This document shows positions 20,954-31,227 of a stretch of DNA of 64,000 bases, piece after piece (positions within the stretch are counted from its first letter, which is position 1; every line of letters begins with the position of its first letter). A model generated the notes under the pieces. It made no database searches. It saw only the letters and a program-made list of their open reading frames with translations, and was not told where the DNA came from. Both the position numbers and the translations under genes were made by a program. The DNA comes from Sulfurospirillaceae bacterium (GTDB lineage Bacteria; Campylobacterota; Campylobacteria; Campylobacterales; Sulfurospirillaceae): positions 128,001 through 192,000 of the forward strand of contig JAWVXD010000004.1 of the NCBI GenBank assembly GCA_033723415.1, given 5' to 3'.

Positions 20954-21376
20954 TTATAGATTAGTTAAATTTTTAAATATTATCTTGAGAGCTTTTATAT
21001 TAGCTCTCAACATATCATCACTTACTCCTGATAATATCTCTTTTCGTAAATTATTTAAAACGATTTTTGAATCTTCAAATTTTTCCTGCCCGTTTTTTGT
21101 AAAATGCACTATTTTTGCCCTTTTGTCGGTAGGATGCTCCATTCTCTCGATCCATCCGTCTTCTTCTAAAGTATTTAACAATCTTGCAAGTGTAGAATTT
21201 TCTATTGAGAGAAATTTAGCTAATTCATTTTGAACAATTCCGTCTTTATGGCGACTAAGTAACAACATAGCTGACCATTTTGCATAACTCAACCCTAAAG
21301 GCTTCAGTCTTTCACTTAAAGACATCTTCCATAATCTAGCAGTATCGCCCATCAATTGACCAAATTCTTCTTTCAT
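20954..21376 (-). CDS. MarR/SlyA-family transcriptional regulator
   Basis: QNELAKFLSIENSTLARLLNTLEEDGWIER...DKRAK. Start trimmed to ATG 21376 after a GGAG SD; divergent from emrAB. Confidence 0.9.
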   Translation of the reverse strand: MKEEFGQLMGDTARLWKMSLSERLKPLGLSYAKWSAMLLLSRHKDGIVQNELAKFLSIENSTLARLLNTLEEDGWIERMEHPTDKRAKIVHFTKNGQEKFEDSKIVLNNLRKEILSGVSDDMLRANIKALKIIFKNLTNL

Positions 21377-21443
21377 TTTGCATTCTCCAATTTTTCTTAA
21401 ACAATATTTTACATAAATAATGCTAAAATCCAGTTTTAATTTA

Positions 21444-21458
21444 GTTAGCAATGCTAAC
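21444..21458. promoter_or_regulatory. MarR/SlyA-type operator palindrome
   Basis: GTTAGCA-A-TGCTAAC between the divergent marR and emrA starts; resembles the SlyA box TTAGCAAGCTAA. Confidence 0.6.
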
Positions 21459-21476
21459 AATATACAAGGATTTAAA

Positions 21477-22622
21477 TTGTCTGAAAAAGAAATCAAAAAC
21501 AACAAAAAAAGAAATAATATCTTAATATTCTTAGCTTTATTTTTTATCTCAGCAGGTATAGGATATAGCATATATTACTATCTATACGCACAATTTTATG
21601 AATCGACCGACAATGCTTATGCCAAACAAAACATAGTATATGTAACACCTCAGATCAGCGGTATTGTGGACAAAGTATACGTAAATGAAACTCAATATGT
21701 CAAACGAGGACAATTGCTGGCAAGGCTTGACGATAGAGATCTAAACTTGACATTTGAACAGGCAAAGACAAATCTTGCAAATACGGTAAGAGATATCAGT
21801 AAACTTTATAAACAAAAAGAATCGGCTCTCTCTTCGTTAAAGCTGGCAAAGATCAATTTGCAAAAAGCAACCGATGATTTGAGAAGGAAAGAATATCTCA
21901 AAAAATCTCATGCGATTTCCGATGAAATGTATCAAGATTTCAAATATGCTTATGACAAAGCTTCGCAAAATCTGGATATTGCACAAAAACAAGTTGCAGA
22001 GTTAAACTCTATTTTGAAAAATGACAATATATATGATGATCCACAAATCAAAAAAGCAGCTGTTGAAGTCGAGCGAAGTTATTTAAATCTTAAAAGAAGT
22101 AATATAATGGCCCCAACTAGTGGGATCATAGCTCAAAAAAGACTGAGTGATGGAGAGTATGTCGGCGTATCATCAACACTGTTTGCAATAGTTCCCACAA
22201 ATGGATTTTGGGTAGATGCTAACTTTAAAGAAACTCAATTGAACCATATAAGGATAGGTCAAAGTGTCAAACTATACTCCGATCTATACGGTGAGAAAGT
22301 GGAATATCATGGCAAGGTCGAGGGTATAAATCCAGGTACAGGAGCAGTCTTTTCACTTATTCCTGCACAAAATGCTACCGGCAATTGGATCAAGATCGTA
22401 CAGAGGATTCCGGTTCGTATAAAACTAGATCCGAAAGAGTTGGCAAAACATCCTCTTCATGTAGGAAATTCAATGCAGGTTACAGTTGATGTTCACAATC
22501 AAAAAGGTGCAATTTATAGTACGACATCAAGTAACTCACATAATTCTTCATCGAGACTTTATCAAGATTCTATAAAAGAATCCAATGTGATAGTAAATAA
22601 AATTATTAAGCAAAATTTGTGA
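21477..22622 (+). CDS. emrA: EmrA-like multidrug efflux membrane fusion protein
   Basis: ESTDNAY, WVDANFKETQL and FSLIPAQNATGNWIKIVQRIPVRI. TTG start at 21477 follows AAGGA. Confidence 0.9.
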   Translation: MSEKEIKNNKKRNNILIFLALFFISAGIGYSIYYYLYAQFYESTDNAYAKQNIVYVTPQISGIVDKVYVNETQYVKRGQLLARLDDRDLNLTFEQAKTNLANTVRDISKLYKQKESALSSLKLAKINLQKATDDLRRKEYLKKSHAISDEMYQDFKYAYDKASQNLDIAQKQVAELNSILKNDNIYDDPQIKKAAVEVERSYLNLKRSNIMAPTSGIIAQKRLSDGEYVGVSSTLFAIVPTNGFWVDANFKETQLNHIRIGQSVKLYSDLYGEKVEYHGKVEGINPGTGAVFSLIPAQNATGNWIKIVQRIPVRIKLDPKELAKHPLHVGNSMQVTVDVHNQKGAIYSTTSSNSHNSSSRLYQDSIKESNVIVNKIIKQNL

Positions 22623-24136
22623 ATAAATACGAACAGTTCCCGATACCGCTTCTTGCAGTCTTAACACTATTTTTAGCACTTGCTACATTTATGCAGGTGC
22701 TTGATACGACTATTGCAAATGTCTCGATACCAACGATAGCAGGAGATCTAGGAGTTACTCCTACCAAGGGTACTTGGGTTATCACAGCCTTTGCGGTATC
22801 AAATGCAATAGCCATGCCCCTTACCGGTTGGTTGGCAAAACGTTTTGGAGAAGTGAGACTTTTTGTATTTTCAACAGGACTGTTCTCCCTCACCTCTATG
22901 TTATGCGGAATGGCTCCAAATTATCAGCTGCTCATATTCGGAAGAGTTCTTCAAGGTGCAGTCGCAGCTCCTATGATGCCTCTGTCTCAAAGTTTATTGT
23001 TGTCAAATTACCCTGCACATAAAAAAGGTTTGGCTCTTGCTTTTTGGTCTATGACGGCAACTTTAGGACCGATCGCAGGTCCGCTTTTGGGTGGATATAT
23101 AACCGACAATTTTACCTGGCCTTGGATTTTTTATATCAATGTACCTATAGGGTTGCTAAGTGCATTTATAGTCTGGCAGATGCTAAAAGACAGAGAAACA
23201 AAAATAGCTAAATTCCCTATAGATTATATTGGGCTAGGACTTCTTATAGTAGGTGTAGGCTGTCTGCAGATCATGCTCGATAAAGGCAATGAGCTTGACT
23301 GGTTCTCATCTCCGACAATCATAATACTTTGCGTCATAACCGTCATTTCCATATCCTTTTTTATCGTTTGGGAACTTTTTGACAAACATCCTGTCATAGA
23401 TCTTATGTTATTCAAAAGCAGAAACTTTACAATAGGCGCCATATCTCTAAGTCTGGGATACACTATCTTTTTGGGAGGAGGAGTAGTTTTTCCGTTGTGG
23501 CTTCAAACACAGCTTGGGTACACTGCTTTCTGGGCAGGTTTTGCCTCAGCAACAGTCGGAATTTTTGCTTTTTTATTTTCTCCTATAGTCGGAAGCAATA
23601 TGCATCGCCTTAACTTGAGGGTGCTTGTGACTATCAGCTTTATACTTTTTGGGATAAGTTATTATTGGATGTCAAACTTTACGACAGAGATAGATCTTTT
23701 CCATGCATCGGTACCTAGACTTCTTATGGGAGCGGCTATGAGTATGTATTTTGTACCTTTGACCGCTATCATATTGTCAGAACTTGATCAAGCACACACC
23801 GCATCTGCCATGGGACTCGTAAATTTCTTGAGAATTTTAGGTGGTGGTCTTGGAACTTCCATAGCCGTTACGTTTTGGGAGAGATGGGGCAAATATCACC
23901 ATGCTATCCTTTCAGAACAGATAAATATGTTCTCACATACTACACAGACTGCACTCACTGCTATAAAACATGCTTCTGTCCCGGCATTGCCGATCATAGA
24001 TCATCTTATAACGCAGCAAGCAATGACTAGGTCAAATGATGATATTTTATTACTCTCAAGCTATGCATTTGGCGGACTTATTTTATTGATATGGTTTGCT
24101 AAACCGCCGTTTATGCCTTCACATCCTAAGCGCTAA
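22619..24136 (+). CDS. emrB: EmrB-like DHA2 MFS efflux permease
   Basis: ATFMQVLDTTIANVSIP, WPWIFYINVPIG and LQIMLDKGNELDWF. Confidence 0.92.
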   Translation: MNKYEQFPIPLLAVLTLFLALATFMQVLDTTIANVSIPTIAGDLGVTPTKGTWVITAFAVSNAIAMPLTGWLAKRFGEVRLFVFSTGLFSLTSMLCGMAPNYQLLIFGRVLQGAVAAPMMPLSQSLLLSNYPAHKKGLALAFWSMTATLGPIAGPLLGGYITDNFTWPWIFYINVPIGLLSAFIVWQMLKDRETKIAKFPIDYIGLGLLIVGVGCLQIMLDKGNELDWFSSPTIIILCVITVISISFFIVWELFDKHPVIDLMLFKSRNFTIGAISLSLGYTIFLGGGVVFPLWLQTQLGYTAFWAGFASATVGIFAFLFSPIVGSNMHRLNLRVLVTISFILFGISYYWMSNFTTEIDLFHASVPRLLMGAAMSMYFVPLTAIILSELDQAHTASAMGLVNFLRILGGGLGTSIAVTFWERWGKYHHAILSEQINMFSHTTQTALTAIKHASVPALPIIDHLITQQAMTRSNDDILLLSSYAFGGLILLIWFAKPPFMPSHPKR

Positions 24137-24144
24137 GAGTAAAA

Positions 24145-25287
24145 ATGAAAAAGAGAGAATTGGCAATTTTAGTTTATATTATAACTATCTCTCTTTCCGT
24201 CATGTACGCAACACAGCCTCTTCAGCCTCTTCTTGCAAAAGTATTTAAAGTTGATGTCGTAAAAGCATCCGCATTTACAGCCGTCATGCTCTTTTCATTG
24301 GCGATTGCTCCTATCATATATGGATATATTTTAGAGAGTTTTTCGGCAAAAAAGATGCTCCAACTTGCTACTACTATACTTTTTGTCACAAACATATTTC
24401 TAGGGTTAAGCAATAATTATGAAACATTTCTGGCTATAAGAATAATCGAGGGTTTAGTAATACCTGCTATTCTGACTTCTGTCATGAGCATCTTGGCAAA
24501 CTTAGATAAAGAAAATGTAAAATTTAATATGTCAGTTTATGTCGCTTCGACTGTTTTTGGAGGTATCATAGGAAGAGTAGCATCAGGTTTCATAGCAACA
24601 AATTTTGGATGGAGAATCGTTTTTATATCACTCTCCGTGGAGCTGTTATTTGCGCTTTATTTTGTGCATAAGATCAGCTATAGCGGTGAAGCTAAACTTG
24701 TTAGAGCCAACATATCAGATGTCATCTCAATCCTGAAAGACCGAAGATTTACAACCGTTTATCTGTTGATGTTTACTATATTTTTTGTATTTGGAGGTCT
24801 TTTAAATATTTTACCTTTTAGGATTAAAGAGATAAATCCAAACAGCACAGAAGCTCAAATAGGTCTAATGTACCTTGGATATAGTACAGGTATAGTAGTC
24901 TCTTTGTTTTCTCATAAAATCGTAAAGTTTTTTAAAACAGAAATAAGAACTATTATCGCGGCTACTTTATTTTTTAATGTTATCGTTATATTTTTTGCTA
25001 CTAGAAACACTACTGTTATATTTTTACTCTTATTTATATTTTGTGTGGGAATGTTTACTATACACTCTATCTCTTCAGGTTTGGCAAACTCCATACGTGC
25101 AGACAAAAGATCTATCACTTCCGGCATGTATTTGACCTTTTATTATATAGGTGGTTCTCTTGGCTCAATAGTACCTGCTATGATCTATCAAAATCTGGGA
25201 TGGAATACTACGATATTTATATTTGCCGCTATTTTATTTTTTATTTTCATGTTTGTTGTCTATAGCAGAAAATATTTCAGACAGTAA
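24145..25287 (+). CDS. MFS transporter (YnfM-like)
   Basis: MYATQPLQP, GGIIGR and GMYLTFYYIGGSLG; about 12 TMs. Confidence 0.82.
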   Translation: MKKRELAILVYIITISLSVMYATQPLQPLLAKVFKVDVVKASAFTAVMLFSLAIAPIIYGYILESFSAKKMLQLATTILFVTNIFLGLSNNYETFLAIRIIEGLVIPAILTSVMSILANLDKENVKFNMSVYVASTVFGGIIGRVASGFIATNFGWRIVFISLSVELLFALYFVHKISYSGEAKLVRANISDVISILKDRRFTTVYLLMFTIFFVFGGLLNILPFRIKEINPNSTEAQIGLMYLGYSTGIVVSLFSHKIVKFFKTEIRTIIAATLFFNVIVIFFATRNTTVIFLLLFIFCVGMFTIHSISSGLANSIRADKRSITSGMYLTFYYIGGSLGSIVPAMIYQNLGWNTTIFIFAAILFFIFMFVVYSRKYFRQ

Positions 25288-25565
25288 AAATACTATATTC
25301 TCCTTCTACAGCTCCTTTTAAGTAAAAATTAAGTAAAATGCTTGCCAATTCAGAACTTCTTATGGAACTTCTTCAAAACCTGCCGAGATTTGGTTAATAC
25401 CGAGCGAGTATGTAGGTTTTTGCATACTAGTTTACCGGGTTAACAAAACACAAAATAACTCAAAATTTTTATGTAGTAAAGTATTGCTTTACAAATATAT
25501 TCTTTAATATAGTTTTGAAAAATAAAACACATGAAAAAATAAGATTTTTTCAAATAGGAAACAAA

Positions 25566-27035
25566 ATGGCAACAACCTTCGAAGAATTTAACTTGGACCC
25601 AAATATCTTAAAAGCTGTAGTAGATGCAGGTTTTAGAGAACCGAGTCCCGTACAAGAGATGGCTATACCGCTTATTATGTCAGGAAATGACATCGTAGCT
25701 CAAGCACAAACAGGAACAGGTAAAACAGCAGCATTCGGTCTATCTACTATGAGTATGATAAACCCTGAAGAAAATAGAGTACAGATACTAGTAATAACTC
25801 CGACAAGAGAACTCGCAACTCAAGTCAGTGATGAACTTTTTTTATTAGGAAAATATAGAAATATAAAAACAGTAACGATTTACGGAGGCAGCTCATACGC
25901 AAGACAACTATCTTTGATAGATAGAGGTGCAAGCGTTGTCGTAGCAACACCGGGCAGGATGCTAGATCTTCTGAAAAATGATAAGCTAAGAAACTTCGCT
26001 CCTTCAATAGTCGTACTAGATGAGGCAGATGAGATGCTAGACATGGGCTTTTTGGAAGACATAGAAAATATCTTGAAATTTTTACCTGCAGAGAGACAGA
26101 CTTTACTCTTTTCTGCAACTATGCCGGATCCTATCAAAAGACTCGCTAAAAAAACACTAAAAGATCCAAAATTTGTCAGTATAACTCCAAAAGAACATAC
26201 AACCAATGAAGATATAGATCAGCTTTACTACGTGATTGAAGAACAAGAGAGAGACAACGCTCTTGTGAGACTTTTGGACTCATTAGAACCAACTAAATCT
26301 ATAGTATTTTGTAGAACAAAAAAAGAAGTGGATAGAGTTTCTACACAACTTATGGCAATCGGATATCCTGCAAAAGGATTACATGGGGATATGGAACAAA
26401 ACCAAAGAGAAACTGTTATAAAAGCTTTTAGAGCTTCTCAGATCGAGATACTTGTAGCAACGGATGTTGCAGCTCGCGGTTTAAACGTAGCCGATATTTC
26501 ACATGTGTTTAACTTTCATATGCCATTTGACCCTGAAAGTTATGTACACAGGATAGGTAGAACGGGAAGAGCAGGTAAAAAAGGTACTGCGATCACTTTG
26601 GTAACTCCTATGGAATATCACAGCATGCAAAGAATCGCAAAAAAAGTCGGTACAAATATACAATTTAAAATGGTACCAACTTTAAGTGACGTAAAAGAAT
26701 CACAATTAGATAAATTTGCACAAGAGATAGAAAAAGCAGAATTAAATGAAAATGCACAAAAGATTTTAGACATTTTAGGTGACGATATAAATCTAAGCAA
26801 AATTTCACTAAAACTAATATCTATGCTTTTAAACAAAAATTCTTTGCAAGGTCCAAACAAGATTGGCTTCGATCATAAGTCATTATCAAATATTATAAAA
26901 AGAATAGAAGAAAGAAGCAATAGAAATGGTCGTGACAGAGATAGAGGGAGAAATAGTAACAGAAGCAGAAACAGAGATTCTAGCAGTAGAAATTCTTCAA
27001 GCAGCAGAAGACCTAGAAATCGAAGCAGAGGCTAA
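25566..27035 (+). CDS. DEAD-box RNA helicase
   Basis: AQTGTGKT, PTRELA, DEAD, SAT and HRIGRTGRAG; Arg/Ser-rich tail. Start at ATG 25566 after AGGA. Confidence 0.95.
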   Translation: MATTFEEFNLDPNILKAVVDAGFREPSPVQEMAIPLIMSGNDIVAQAQTGTGKTAAFGLSTMSMINPEENRVQILVITPTRELATQVSDELFLLGKYRNIKTVTIYGGSSYARQLSLIDRGASVVVATPGRMLDLLKNDKLRNFAPSIVVLDEADEMLDMGFLEDIENILKFLPAERQTLLFSATMPDPIKRLAKKTLKDPKFVSITPKEHTTNEDIDQLYYVIEEQERDNALVRLLDSLEPTKSIVFCRTKKEVDRVSTQLMAIGYPAKGLHGDMEQNQRETVIKAFRASQIEILVATDVAARGLNVADISHVFNFHMPFDPESYVHRIGRTGRAGKKGTAITLVTPMEYHSMQRIAKKVGTNIQFKMVPTLSDVKESQLDKFAQEIEKAELNENAQKILDILGDDINLSKISLKLISMLLNKNSLQGPNKIGFDHKSLSNIIKRIEERSNRNGRDRDRGRNSNRSRNRDSSSRNSSSSRRPRNRSRG

Positions 27036-27138
27036 ATCATAAATATTATATAGCCGGCAAGGTGACGAAATTGACGAAAAAAATACTTGAAATATTTTTA
27101 TAAAATTGTATAATAAATAAATTTTATAAGGAGCAATA

Positions 27139-28296
27139 GTGAAAAAAGTCGTTTTATTAGCGTTAAGCGCATCTCTCTTGCTGGCAACCAATGGTGATAA
27201 CCTTATAGGTCTAGGAGCAAAATCCAGAGCTATGGGTGGAGTTGGTATAGCAGCTTTCTTTGGGGCAGAGAATGTTCTCTCAAACCCCGCTTTAATCTCG
27301 CAAAGTAAAGGTACCGAGATCAATTTCGGAGCAACTTTATTTATGCCTGATGTAAAAGCAAATGGAGTCAAAAGCTCTGCAGACAAAAATGTCATCCCTG
27401 AGGTATCATTGTCTCAACAGATCAATGACAATTGGACTTTTGGTATCGGTATGTTCGGATCTGCCGGTATGGGTGTCGACTACAGAGGTAACCCTTCATT
27501 GATGGATGCGAGAACCAATCTTCTTTTAATGAAATTTGCTCCGGCACTTTCTTATCACAAAGATAAATTTTCTTTTGGATTTGCGCCTGTTATGCAGTAT
27601 GGATCACTTGATATCGCTTACAACATGCATGGTATGGGCGGTATCAATCAAGTCGGAGAAGGCTCAAGCGACAATTTCGGACTGGGTTATGAATTAGGTG
27701 CTGCATATGACATCACAAAAGATCTCAAACTGGGACTTGTCTACAAATCAAAAATTTCTATGACATATAAACATACACTAAGTGTTGCATCTGCTCCATT
27801 TGTCACTCTTGGAGTTTTCCCAGGTGCATTTGCAGATGATCTGGAACAACCGGCTGAATACGGAGTGGGCCTATCTTATAATTATGGTCCTTTCAATATT
27901 TCAACTGATTATAAAAAAATCAAATGGGGAAGTGCAAAAGGATATAAAGATTTTGGCTGGAAAGATCAAGATGTCTATGCGATAGGTGCAAAATATGAAA
28001 AAGACGGTACCTGGTATGGTATCGGATACAATCATGCAAAAAATCCAATACCTAATCTTGCAGGAACAAATGCTGTTAATACGGCGATGAATCTTTTTAA
28101 TTATCTTATGTTTCCGGCAACGGCAGAGAATCATTACAGTATAGGAGCAGGTACAAAAATAAGTAAAAATCTATCTGTAGATTTTGATATCTTATACGCT
28201 CCAAAAGTCACTGTAACTACTGCAACAACAATTGGAGCTTTGAAAGTAGAACATACTGAAACATCTGTAGCATTTTCAATGAGATACGATTTTTAG
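27139..28296 (+). CDS. OmpP1/FadL-family outer membrane transporter
   Basis: Signal peptide; TNGDNLIGLGAKSRAMGG, SNPALI and AGMGVDY; C-terminal YDF. Confidence 0.88.
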   Translation: MKKVVLLALSASLLLATNGDNLIGLGAKSRAMGGVGIAAFFGAENVLSNPALISQSKGTEINFGATLFMPDVKANGVKSSADKNVIPEVSLSQQINDNWTFGIGMFGSAGMGVDYRGNPSLMDARTNLLLMKFAPALSYHKDKFSFGFAPVMQYGSLDIAYNMHGMGGINQVGEGSSDNFGLGYELGAAYDITKDLKLGLVYKSKISMTYKHTLSVASAPFVTLGVFPGAFADDLEQPAEYGVGLSYNYGPFNISTDYKKIKWGSAKGYKDFGWKDQDVYAIGAKYEKDGTWYGIGYNHAKNPIPNLAGTNAVNTAMNLFNYLMFPATAENHYSIGAGTKISKNLSVDFDILYAPKVTVTTATTIGALKVEHTETSVAFSMRYDF

Positions 28297-28306
28297 TCTT
28301 TCTTTA

Positions 28307-28333
28307 TAGTATGTGAGAATTTCTCACATACTA
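28307..28333. terminator. Bidirectional terminator hairpin
   Basis: TAGTATGTGAGAA-T-TTCTCACATACTA between convergent genes. Confidence 0.7.
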
Positions 28334-29446
28334 ATTTCTGTTTCTATAATCCTCATATTTAAACTCTTTGACTACTTGAAACTCTCCATCTTTTTTAATC
28401 ACGGCAAGACTTGGTAGTTTTATCCCGTTGAAAGTTGTATTTTTCACTATCGTATAATGTATTTGATCCTCAAATATGATCTTATCTCCTATTTTTAAAG
28501 GTTCGTCAAAAGAGTAATCGCCCATAATATCACCTGACAAACAACTATTTCCTGTGAGTTTATAAGTATATTTTTTCTCCCCAGCGATTCCTGCTCCTCG
28601 AACCTCTGCGCGATAAGGCATGGCTAGAGTGTCTGGCATATGAGCTTCTGCGGAGGCATCCAAAATAGCTACTTGCATATTGTTATATATAATATCTTGC
28701 ACACTAGCAACCAAAACACCGACTTCCCATCCAACTGCTTCACCAGGTTCAAGATAAACATCAACATTATATCTTGCTTTAAATTCGCAAACCAATCTTA
28801 TCAACTTTTCTATGTCATATCCGGCTTTTGTTATATGATGCCCGCCTCCAAAGTTTATCCATTTCATCTTTGATATATACTTGCCGAATTTCTCTTCAAA
28901 TGCCCTAAGGACTATTTCCAATTCATCGGCACCCTGCTCACAAAGCGCGTGAAAATGCAATCCTTCCAAACCATCTAGAAGCTCTTCTTTAAACTCTTTT
29001 ACAGTCACACCGAATCTACTGTGCAATCCGCAAGGGTTATATAACTCAACCGGTGCACAAGAGACTTCCGGATTGACTCTTAATCCGCAAGATGTTTTGT
29101 TGATGGCTTTTTCTTTGTATTTTTCCCACTGTGCAAATGAGTTGAAAACTACATGATGAGAAAAGTCCAATATCTCATCGATCTCATCTTCTTTAAAAGC
29201 AGGTGAATATGTGTGGGTTTCCCCTCTAAATTCATTGTGCGATAATTTTGCTTCCCACAGCCCGCTCGCACAGCATCCATCCAGATATTTTGATACAAGC
29301 GGTTCTAAATGATAAAAGGAAAAACCTTTGAGTGCCAACAGTATTTTGGCACCGCTCCTTTCTTTTACATACGCGAGCGTCTTTAAATTTTTTTCTAGCA
29401 GTTCTTCAAAACATACATAACTGGGAGTTTTTATATTTTCAAACAC
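28331..29446 (-). CDS. nspC: Carboxy(nor)spermidine decarboxylase
   Basis: TPSYV, LLALKGF, LHFHALCEQ, NFGGGHHIT, LEPGEA, HMPDTLAMPYR and YTIVKNTTFNGIKLP. Confidence 0.93.
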   Translation of the reverse strand: MFENIKTPSYVCFEELLEKNLKTLAYVKERSGAKILLALKGFSFYHLEPLVSKYLDGCCASGLWEAKLSHNEFRGETHTYSPAFKEDEIDEILDFSHHVVFNSFAQWEKYKEKAINKTSCGLRVNPEVSCAPVELYNPCGLHSRFGVTVKEFKEELLDGLEGLHFHALCEQGADELEIVLRAFEEKFGKYISKMKWINFGGGHHITKAGYDIEKLIRLVCEFKARYNVDVYLEPGEAVGWEVGVLVASVQDIIYNNMQVAILDASAEAHMPDTLAMPYRAEVRGAGIAGEKKYTYKLTGNSCLSGDIMGDYSFDEPLKIGDKIIFEDQIHYTIVKNTTFNGIKLPSLAVIKKDGEFQVVKEFKYEDYRNRN

Positions 29447-30257
29447 TTTTTAACACCTTATCTAATATTTTTGTACTCAAAATCCTTTTTAAGAACCAAA
29501 ATAAAGTCGTAGGAATCGTCACTCTGTAACGGGGTTTCGGATCTTTTGATCTGATTATTTTCTCCAATACTTTATACACGGCATCTTCGCCTAAGGTAAA
29601 TATATCATCATCGCTTGATTCAAATCTTTTTATGGCTTTTGTATACTCTTTCTCATAAAAACTTCCATCAACTCTTATATGCTTTTTAAATTTTTCATAG
29701 GCATTTTTTCTAAAAGCGCTCCGTATAGGACCGGGTTCGATCAAGCACACCTTAATACCAAAAGGTGCCAGTTCAAGCCTTAACGTGTCGCTTAAACCTT
29801 CTATTGCATACTTACTTGCATTATACGCTCCTCGGTATTTTAGAGAGATAAATCCAAGTACTGAACTGTTTTGTACGATCTTTGGACTTTTAGATCTTCT
29901 AAGTAATCGCAAAGCCTCTATTGTCAGAGCAAAATTACCAAAGACATTGGTTTCAAACTGTTCTTTGAGTGCTTCTACGCTCAAATCTTCCAAAGCCCCT
30001 GGCTGTCCATATCCTGCATTATTGAAGAGTATATCGAGTCTTTGATGCTTTATCTCTAAAAAATTGATAGCACTTTTTATATCTTCTTCTTTTGTAACAT
30101 CAAGCTTAAAACTCATCAACCCTTCACTTTTCAGCCTTTGCACGTCTGCTTCGTCTCTGACCGTAGCATAAACGATATGTCCTACTCTTTGTAACTCTTT
30201 TGCACAAAAATAGCCTATGCCGGAAGAACAGCCGGTGATGAGAATGATCTGGTTCAT
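29439..30257 (-). CDS. Short-chain dehydrogenase/reductase
   Basis: TGCSSGIG, NNAG and YNASK. Confidence 0.92.
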   Translation of the reverse strand: MNQIILITGCSSGIGYFCAKELQRVGHIVYATVRDEADVQRLKSEGLMSFKLDVTKEEDIKSAINFLEIKHQRLDILFNNAGYGQPGALEDLSVEALKEQFETNVFGNFALTIEALRLLRRSKSPKIVQNSSVLGFISLKYRGAYNASKYAIEGLSDTLRLELAPFGIKVCLIEPGPIRSAFRKNAYEKFKKHIRVDGSFYEKEYTKAIKRFESSDDDIFTLGEDAVYKVLEKIIRSKDPKPRYRVTIPTTLFWFLKRILSTKILDKVLKSV

Positions 30258-30604
30258 GAAAGGATTTTTATTTCATCTTGCACGTTTGGCACTAAACATA
30301 AAAATTCATAATCTTCATCTCCGATCACTTCATAAGAGTGTGCTGTACCTGCGGGTATAAACAATACGTCATCTTTGGTAGCGATTGTTTCTTTATCTCC
30401 TATCACCACTTTTGCACTGCCCCCAAGCACATACTGCTCATGCTCAACACTATTTGTGTGTAAGGGCATAGAACCGCCTTGCTTTATGATGAACTTTCTC
30501 ATAGCAAAATTGGGTGCTTTGTCGTTTCCTATCAAAACACTCATAGAACCGCCTTTACCTGCTTCAAGATCCGTGAATTTATATTGACTAATATTTTTTA
30601 TCAT
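30254..30604 (-). CDS. Cupin domain protein
   Basis: MPLHTNSVEHEQYVLGG and FIPAGTAHSY. Confidence 0.88.
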   Translation of the reverse strand: MIKNISQYKFTDLEAGKGGSMSVLIGNDKAPNFAMRKFIIKQGGSMPLHTNSVEHEQYVLGGSAKVVIGDKETIATKDDVLFIPAGTAHSYEVIGDEDYEFLCLVPNVQDEIKILS

Positions 30605-30666
30605 CTTTATTCCTTTTTTTTAATATTTTATTATATAATTTTAAAATATTAGATAAAGAGTAAATT

Positions 30667-31227
30667 TTGAATATAAATAAATTGATCTTAATAGGTGCAT
30701 CAACAGGCGGACCCGGGCAAATACATAAAATCATAAGATCTTTAAGAGAAGATTTTGATGGTGCAATGGTCATAGCTCAACATATGGAACACACTTATAT
30801 ATCGAGCTTTATGGATTATTTGCACAACAATGCCCCTTTGGATGTGGTACAAGCCAAAGACGGACTTACTATAGAAAATAAAAAAATATACCTACTTTCG
30901 CAAAGTACGGAAATCAAAACTCAGCTCTCTTCTTTATATTTTCTGCAAAATAATGGAGAATTTAATTATAATCCAAATATCGATCTACTTTTGAATTCGG
31001 CAATGGAGATATCAAAAAAAATTCATGTCATGTGTATCATCCTAACAGGTATAGGAAATGATGGAGCCTGCGGAGCTTTAAACCTATATAATTCAAATGC
31101 CATCTGTATAGCTGAAGACGAAAAAAGTTCCATAGTATACGGTATGCCAAAAGCGGCGATTGAACTAAATCCTAAGATGAAACAAGCAAGTATCGATGAG
31201 ATTTGCGAAGCGATAAATAGGTTTTAG
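30667..31227 (+). CDS. cheB: CheB methylesterase (catalytic domain only)
   Basis: GASTGG, AQHM, LTGIGNDGA and SIVYGMPKAA; no receiver domain. Confidence 0.9.
   Translation: MNINKLILIGASTGGPGQIHKIIRSLREDFDGAMVIAQHMEHTYISSFMDYLHNNAPLDVVQAKDGLTIENKKIYLLSQSTEIKTQLSSLYFLQNNGEFNYNPNIDLLLNSAMEISKKIHVMCIILTGIGNDGACGALNLYNSNAICIAEDEKSSIVYGMPKAAIELNPKMKQASIDEICEAINRF

Noticed and set aside
21377..21571. Long N-terminal extensions from the ORF track (MarR from 21571, EmrA from 21420; likewise selA 5901, regulator 12919, helicase 25515, dodecaheme 58372, DacA 60380)
   Set aside because: They overlap neighbouring genes or promoters. Downstream starts match family N-termini and in most cases have a clear SD.
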